From: Thermoproteota archaeon
Lineage (GTDB): Archaea > Thermoproteota > Thermoprotei_A > Sulfolobales > Ignisphaeraceae
Assembly (NCBI GenBank): GCA_030550585.1
Contig: JAUQPB010000003.1
Coordinates: 132,333 to 196,332, forward strand
Length of the DNA stretch: 64,000 bases
Direction of reading: 5' to 3'
Below are positions 59,547 to 64,000 of the stretch, piece by piece. Every line of letters starts with the position of its first letter. Position 1 is the stretch's first letter. The position numbers were made by a program, and so were the translations under genes. The notes beneath the pieces were generated by a model. It worked only from the letters and a program-made list of their open reading frames with translations, had not been told where the DNA came from and searched no databases.

Positions 59547-62168
59547 ATGATGGCTGAGCAGAGAGAATTACCAACAGTTTTAAGTATGCAAAGTGCAGAA
59601 ACTGCAAATGTAATTGTCATTAAGAGAAGTGGTATTAAAGAGAAATTTGATGCTGGCAAACTGATGAGAAGCATTTTTAGGTCTTGCAACGGTATGTGCA
59701 ACAAGGAAGAGGTATGGAGCATTGTAAAAGAGGTGGTCACAGAACTTAAAGATAGAACAGAAGTTTCTACGGATGAGATTATTGATAGAGTGGAGAGAAT
59801 ACTCATCTCAAAGGGCATAGAAGACCCTAAGTGGTTTGAAGTAGCAAAACTGTATGAACTTGGTAGAATCTATAAGGATGTGTATGGCAAAGGCAAGCCT
59901 ATTTCAATAGATCCGAGAGACTTGAAGCTAAGGTTCTCTGCAGTAAAGGTGCTGGCCAGTAGGTACCTGCTTAAAGACCCCAATACACTAAGATTTTTAG
60001 AAACTCCACAGATGATGTTTAGAAGGGTTGCCAAGGCTATTGCCAAAGCCGAGTATACCTATTGCAAGAACTCTGGGCAGAGCGATGAGCATTGCAACAA
60101 TGTTTCGAAATACTGGGAGGAGAAGTTCTATGAAATAATGAGTGATCTGAGATTCTTACCAAACTCGCCAACGCTGATGAACGCCGGTACAAGACTTGGG
60201 ATTCTCTCAGCCTGTTTTGTAATACCAGTCAGAGACTCCATTACAACCCCAGAAGGTGAAGGTATATATGATGCTGTAAGGGCTCAAGCAATAATATTTC
60301 AACAAGGTGGTGGAACAGGGTTTGACTTCTCAGAGCTGAGACCTGAAGGAGACGTAGTAGCGTCGACAGGGGGTGTGGCAAGTGGTCCCATTTCATTTAT
60401 GAAAATGTTTGATGCTAACACAGATGTGATTAAGCAGGGTGGCAAAAGAAGAGGAGCTAATATGGGCGTTCTTCACGTATGGCACCCAGACATAGAGAAG
60501 TTCATAGATGCAAAAAGTGGGAAGCTCAAAGATTTTAACCTGCAAAACTTCAACATATCTGTTGGCGTATACGACTACTTCATGGATGCTGTAATCAAAG
60601 GAGGTAAGGTTCCTCTGATAAATCCGAGAAAAACCAATCTACGTCCAGATCTAGGCAATGATTCTAAACACTATGTAATATCTAAAGCTAGACATTATAT
60701 TCATGAGGATTGGGTTCAAGAAGAAATAATAAAAGAATTGGAGCTTAAAGGTGGTAGCGTATGGATAGACGACTCTATTATTGTAACATTGGACGAGGCA
60801 ATGGTTATAGCGGAGAACTCAAATGCCATTGTTAGATATGAAGACGCTAGGAAACTATTTGAGAAGATTGTTAGAAATGCTTGGGACTCTGGAGATCCCG
60901 GACTCCTATTCATTGATACCATTAATAGAAGACATCCTGTGTGGTACCTTGGTAAAATAAATGCGACTAATCCTTGCGGAGAGCAGCCTCTTCTTCCATG
61001 GGAAAGCTGCAACCTCGGAAGCCTTGACCTGTCGAAATATGTATACATAGATTCTGAAGGTATGCCCAGGATTGCATGGAAACAACTAGAAGAAGATTTG
61101 AAGGTTGTTGCAAGGTTTATGGACAACGTCATCGATGTGGCTAAGTGGCCTTTGCCACAACTAGAACAAGCAATTAAAAGAACTAGGAAGATAGGCGTTG
61201 GTGTAATGGGCTGGGCATATATGTTGGTAAAACTTGGAATACCATATGATAGTGTTGACGCACTGTATCTTGCTTATTACCTTGGTGAATGGATTGAATA
61301 CAACCTTGCACTAGCCAGCATAGAGCTTGCAAAAGAGCGTGGCTCTTTCCCTGCCTATGACCCTGAGAAGTATAGGCCTACATGGACAACAGCAAAGCCT
61401 CTAGAGGAGTTGCTCAGGACGGCAAACATTGATGGGGGTCCCAGCAAGAGGATACTGGAATTGGTATCCGACAGGCCCCCCGTTAACTGGAGCTACGTAG
61501 AGGAGCTTAGAAAAAGAATAGGGATTAGAAATGCTACACTAACAAGCATAGCACCAACAGGAACAATAAGTATAATAGCAGGTACATCATCAAGCATAGA
61601 GCCTCTATTCGCAGTTGCCTACGAGAGACATGTTACTGTAGGAACATTCATTGAAATCGATAATCTATTCCTAGAATATTTGAGAAAATATGAACTTGAT
61701 AACAGCGATGTTATAAAGCTCATCGCTGAAAGAGGCAGTGTAGCCGAAATACCATTTATACCACGAACATTGAGATTGCTCTTCAAAGCGGCTCATGACA
61801 TTGATCCCAAGTGGCACGTCCTTCACCAAGCTGTGTGGCAGCAGTGGGTGTGCGCTGGGGTTTCAAAGACTGTTAATATGAGATTTGATGCAACCATAGA
61901 TGATGTGAGAAATGTTTATGTCCTTGCATGGCTACTTGGATGCAAAGGAATAACAGTCTACAGAGACAAGTCTAAGACCCAGCAGGTAATATACGTAGGC
62001 GTGAAAATGAGCCAATCGCTGTCGCAGAAAAATCATGGTGAGCCAAACCAAAAGCCTGCAAAGGATAGCGGGCAACAACAGAAAAGCTATGTACTAACCT
62101 CGTTAGGCAATATCAGCGAGGCTATAGAGGATATTGCACACAGCAATTGTCAAACATGTGAGTATTAG
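59547..62168 (+). CDS. nrdJ: Class II (adenosylcobalamin-dependent) ribonucleotide reductase with N-terminal ATP-cone
   Basis: VIKRSG.KEKFD ATP cone, [41 protein letters not shown]-terminal CQTC. Confidence 0.96.
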   Translation: MMAEQRELPTVLSMQSAETANVIVIKRSGIKEKFDAGKLMRSIFRSCNGMCNKEEVWSIVKEVVTELKDRTEVSTDEIIDRVERILISKGIEDPKWFEVAKLYELGRIYKDVYGKGKPISIDPRDLKLRFSAVKVLASRYLLKDPNTLRFLETPQMMFRRVAKAIAKAEYTYCKNSGQSDEHCNNVSKYWEEKFYEIMSDLRFLPNSPTLMNAGTRLGILSACFVIPVRDSITTPEGEGIYDAVRAQAIIFQQGGGTGFDFSELRPEGDVVASTGGVASGPISFMKMFDANTDVIKQGGKRRGANMGVLHVWHPDIEKFIDAKSGKLKDFNLQNFNISVGVYDYFMDAVIKGGKVPLINPRKTNLRPDLGNDSKHYVISKARHYIHEDWVQEEIIKELELKGGSVWIDDSIIVTLDEAMVIAENSNAIVRYEDARKLFEKIVRNAWDSGDPGLLFIDTINRRHPVWYLGKINATNPCGEQPLLPWESCNLGSLDLSKYVYIDSEGMPRIAWKQLEEDLKVVARFMDNVIDVAKWPLPQLEQAIKRTRKIGVGVMGWAYMLVKLGIPYDSVDALYLAYYLGEWIEYNLALASIELAKERGSFPAYDPEKYRPTWTTAKPLEELLRTANIDGGPSKRILELVSDRPPVNWSYVEELRKRIGIRNATLTSIAPTGTISIIAGTSSSIEPLFAVAYERHVTVGTFIEIDNLFLEYLRKYELDNSDVIKLIAERGSVAEIPFIPRTLRLLFKAAHDIDPKWHVLHQAVWQQWVCAGVSKTVNMRFDATIDDVRNVYVLAWLLGCKGITVYRDKSKTQQVIYVGVKMSQSLSQKNHGEPNQKPAKDSGQQQKSYVLTSLGNISEAIEDIAHSNCQTCEY

Positions 62169-63127
62169 CCATAGATGCTTCTTATTCTTTTATCCAACAT
62201 TTCTACAAGTTCATTAATATTAAGTTTACTAAGAGCTTCTGCATATTTTACGATCCACGAATATCCATTGGTATCCTCGAATATATCAGGATAGTGTCTA
62301 ACAATCCACGCATTTATTATAGCTCTTCCACGAAATGATTTAATAAGCATATCAACTTCGTCTATGTAGGGAAACCCCGATTTTTGAAGCGCTTCAACCA
62401 GTTTTTCAAATTCGTTTTTCGATAAATCCTTTCTTCCAAAACTTGCTTTACCATTACCCACATACCTTTCTCCATATCCTGGCACAATAACCTTGCCATA
62501 AGCTGCCTTCACCCTCCATGATGATGAGTCCAGAGATCTTACCCCAATAATTTTTAATGCCGTGTACAGTGTCGAGGTTCCACCAATTCCTAGCGCATGA
62601 ACATTTCCCTTAAAGAGTTTAACCAGTATTGCTAATGGGATCAACGGCGTTGTTCTACTTCCCTTACCCCCTTTTGCTAGCGAAGGTGGAACTGCACCCC
62701 CGTAAGCAACTACCCTAACTCCATAACTTTGATAAACATCTATAGCGTTGAACAGCAACGAACTTTCATAGCAGTGTATAACAGGGATGATATTCTTGTG
62801 ATCAAGTTTTGTATACAAGTATTCAAAATTTCTTATGTTCTCTTTCACGAGCTCCTTTGTCGCATAGCAGAAGCGCGATGGAGGGATATCTAAGGACATG
62901 AAATAGTCACCATCAATTCCTTTGTATCTATTAAAGACGTCTTCAACTGATAATTTCATTCCTTTAACCATTATTTGATAACCTCCTGAATCAACCCATA
63001 TAGAAGATGCTGATGGTCTGCCCCATCTCCATCTAATACTGTTTATCATCAATTCTATGTCAGGCATGTAGTCCCATAACCTTATCATAGTATCTGGAAC
63101 AACAAAAACAATCTTCGGAGCACCCAC
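62165..63127 (-). CDS. tRNA-guanine transglycosylase (TGT/DpdA)-like protein
   Basis: [35 protein letters not shown]. Confidence 0.8.
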   Translation of the reverse strand: MGAPKIVFVVPDTMIRLWDYMPDIELMINSIRWRWGRPSASSIWVDSGGYQIMVKGMKLSVEDVFNRYKGIDGDYFMSLDIPPSRFCYATKELVKENIRNFEYLYTKLDHKNIIPVIHCYESSLLFNAIDVYQSYGVRVVAYGGAVPPSLAKGGKGSRTTPLIPLAILVKLFKGNVHALGIGGTSTLYTALKIIGVRSLDSSSWRVKAAYGKVIVPGYGERYVGNGKASFGRKDLSKNEFEKLVEALQKSGFPYIDEVDMLIKSFRGRAIINAWIVRHYPDIFEDTNGYSWIVKYAEALSKLNINELVEMLDKRIRSIYG

Positions 63128-63297
63128 CCAAGAACACCAAGAACTGTTGTTACCACTACACTAGCCTCTTTAGACGTCAGACCCAAAAAGGAATTCAATG
63201 TACCTATACTTTCAATAGTGCTTCAACGTCATATGCGAAAGAAATATATATTACAGAGAGCTATAGAATGACAGTATGATTTTACAGGTGCTTTTAG

Positions 63298-64000
63298 TTG
63301 CCAGATCTTGAAAAGCCTATGATTGTTGCTAATATTGATAAGGAAAAAAATGTTGTATATGTTGGCAAAAGAATCATTCCTCTTGGAGGATTCGTTCCTA
63401 ATGTAAAAGATGGTGAAAGACTGATAAGGTATACCTCATCTCTTTGTCCATATTGTTTCAGGCTTCTACCTGCCGTAATAATTGAAAGAGACAACAAGTT
63501 GTATATAAGGAGGTATTGCCCAGAGCATGGCGAAATCGAAGAAATATACTTTGAAGATGCTGAAATGTACAGAAAGTTCGAGAAATATAGCTTTGAGGGC
63601 ACAGAACCTGGACATGTATATACTGCTGCGACCGCTCCTTGCCCATTTAACTGTGGTCTTTGCCCATTGCACAAATCACACACAGCATTATTGAATATTG
63701 TTGCAACCAATAGATGCGACTTAAGTTGTTGGTACTGTTTCTATTATGCTGAAAGAGCGGGCTATGTGTACGAGCCTTCAATTGAGGATATCAAGAAAAT
63801 GGTTGAAGCTGTAAAGAAGCAGCCGAATATTGTTGTTGCTGTTCAGCTTACAGGAGGAGAGCCTACATTAAGAGAAGACCTCTACGATATTGTAAAGACT
63901 TTGCGAGAAATGGGGGTTAGGCACATACAATTGAACACACATGGAATAAAGTTTGCTAGGCTTTATCTAGAGAATCCCGAAAAAGCCATTAAATATGCCA
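63298..64000 (+). CDS. tes: Tetraether lipid synthase Tes (GDGT-MAS, MJ0619-family radical SAM), 5' partial
   Basis: Manual translation from the TTG at 63298 (AGGTG SD upstream): SLCPYC..CPEHG..CPFNCGLCPLHKSHTAL..TNRCDLSCWYCF..QLTGGEPT; runs off the window; not in the ORF track. Confidence 0.88.
   Translation, partial: MPDLEKPMIVANIDKEKNVVYVGKRIIPLGGFVPNVKDGERLIRYTSSLCPYCFRLLPAVIIERDNKLYIRRYCPEHGEIEEIYFEDAEMYRKFEKYSFEGTEPGHVYTAATAPCPFNCGLCPLHKSHTALLNIVATNRCDLSCWYCFYYAERAGYVYEPSIEDIKKMVEAVKKQPNIVVAVQLTGGEPTLREDLYDIVKTLREMGVRHIQLNTHGIKFARLYLENPEKAIKYA

Noticed and set aside
59547-62168. Possible intein in NrdJ (also checked AtpA, PolB1, Cdc48 and TopA)
   Set aside because: Lengths are near normal, with no C/S...HN splice junctions or LAGLIDADG motifs; the NrdJ central insert is short.
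370-63710. Many 60-180 aa ORFs antisense to or nested in long genes (e.g. 39907..40437, 41387..41812, 63294..63710)
   Set aside because: They are shadow ORFs of well-supported genes on the other strand or frame, with Ser/Ile/Phe-rich composition and no motifs.
1-64000. CRISPR array, tRNA/rRNA genes, IS elements, replication origin
   Set aside because: I saw no regularly spaced repeats, GC-rich structural RNA blocks, transposase ORFs or cdc6/ORB arrangement; intergenic gaps are nearly all too short.

Overview
Gene-dense, AT-rich archaeal chromosome segment. Gene content (PolB1, Cren7-like protein, DUF2286, GH31 xylosidase, HIKECFABD ATPase operon) points to a hyperthermophilic crenarchaeon of the Desulfurococcales, possibly Ignisphaera-like (inference). 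Most of it is housekeeping: a complete A/V-type ATP synthase operon, alaS, rpl12, taw1, nucS, tmcA, cdc48, ppdK, polB1, DRG GTPase, enolase, topoisomerase IA, rpoK, a thermosome subunit, a class II RNR and the 5' part of tetraether synthase. I saw no rRNA, tRNA, CRISPR array, transposase or intein. Features missing from the ORF track: three box C/D guide sRNAs (one predicted to double-guide 16S rRNA, one predicted to methylate wobble U34 of tRNA-Lys(UUU)), partial genes at both window ends, and palindromic operator-like sites. Best candidates for something undescribed: (i) a compact module at 25.2-26.6 kb with two unknown coupled genes, a perfect 14-4-14 bp palindrome over their promoter and a divergent wHTH gene; (ii) a catalytically degenerate TtuA/Ncs6 paralog reminiscent of eukaryotic Ctu2; (iii) a stand-alone TGT/DpdA-like glycosylase; (iv) an ATP-grasp-HAD fusion paired head-to-head with a polysaccharide deacetylase. 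All family calls come from motif recognition by eye, not database searches.
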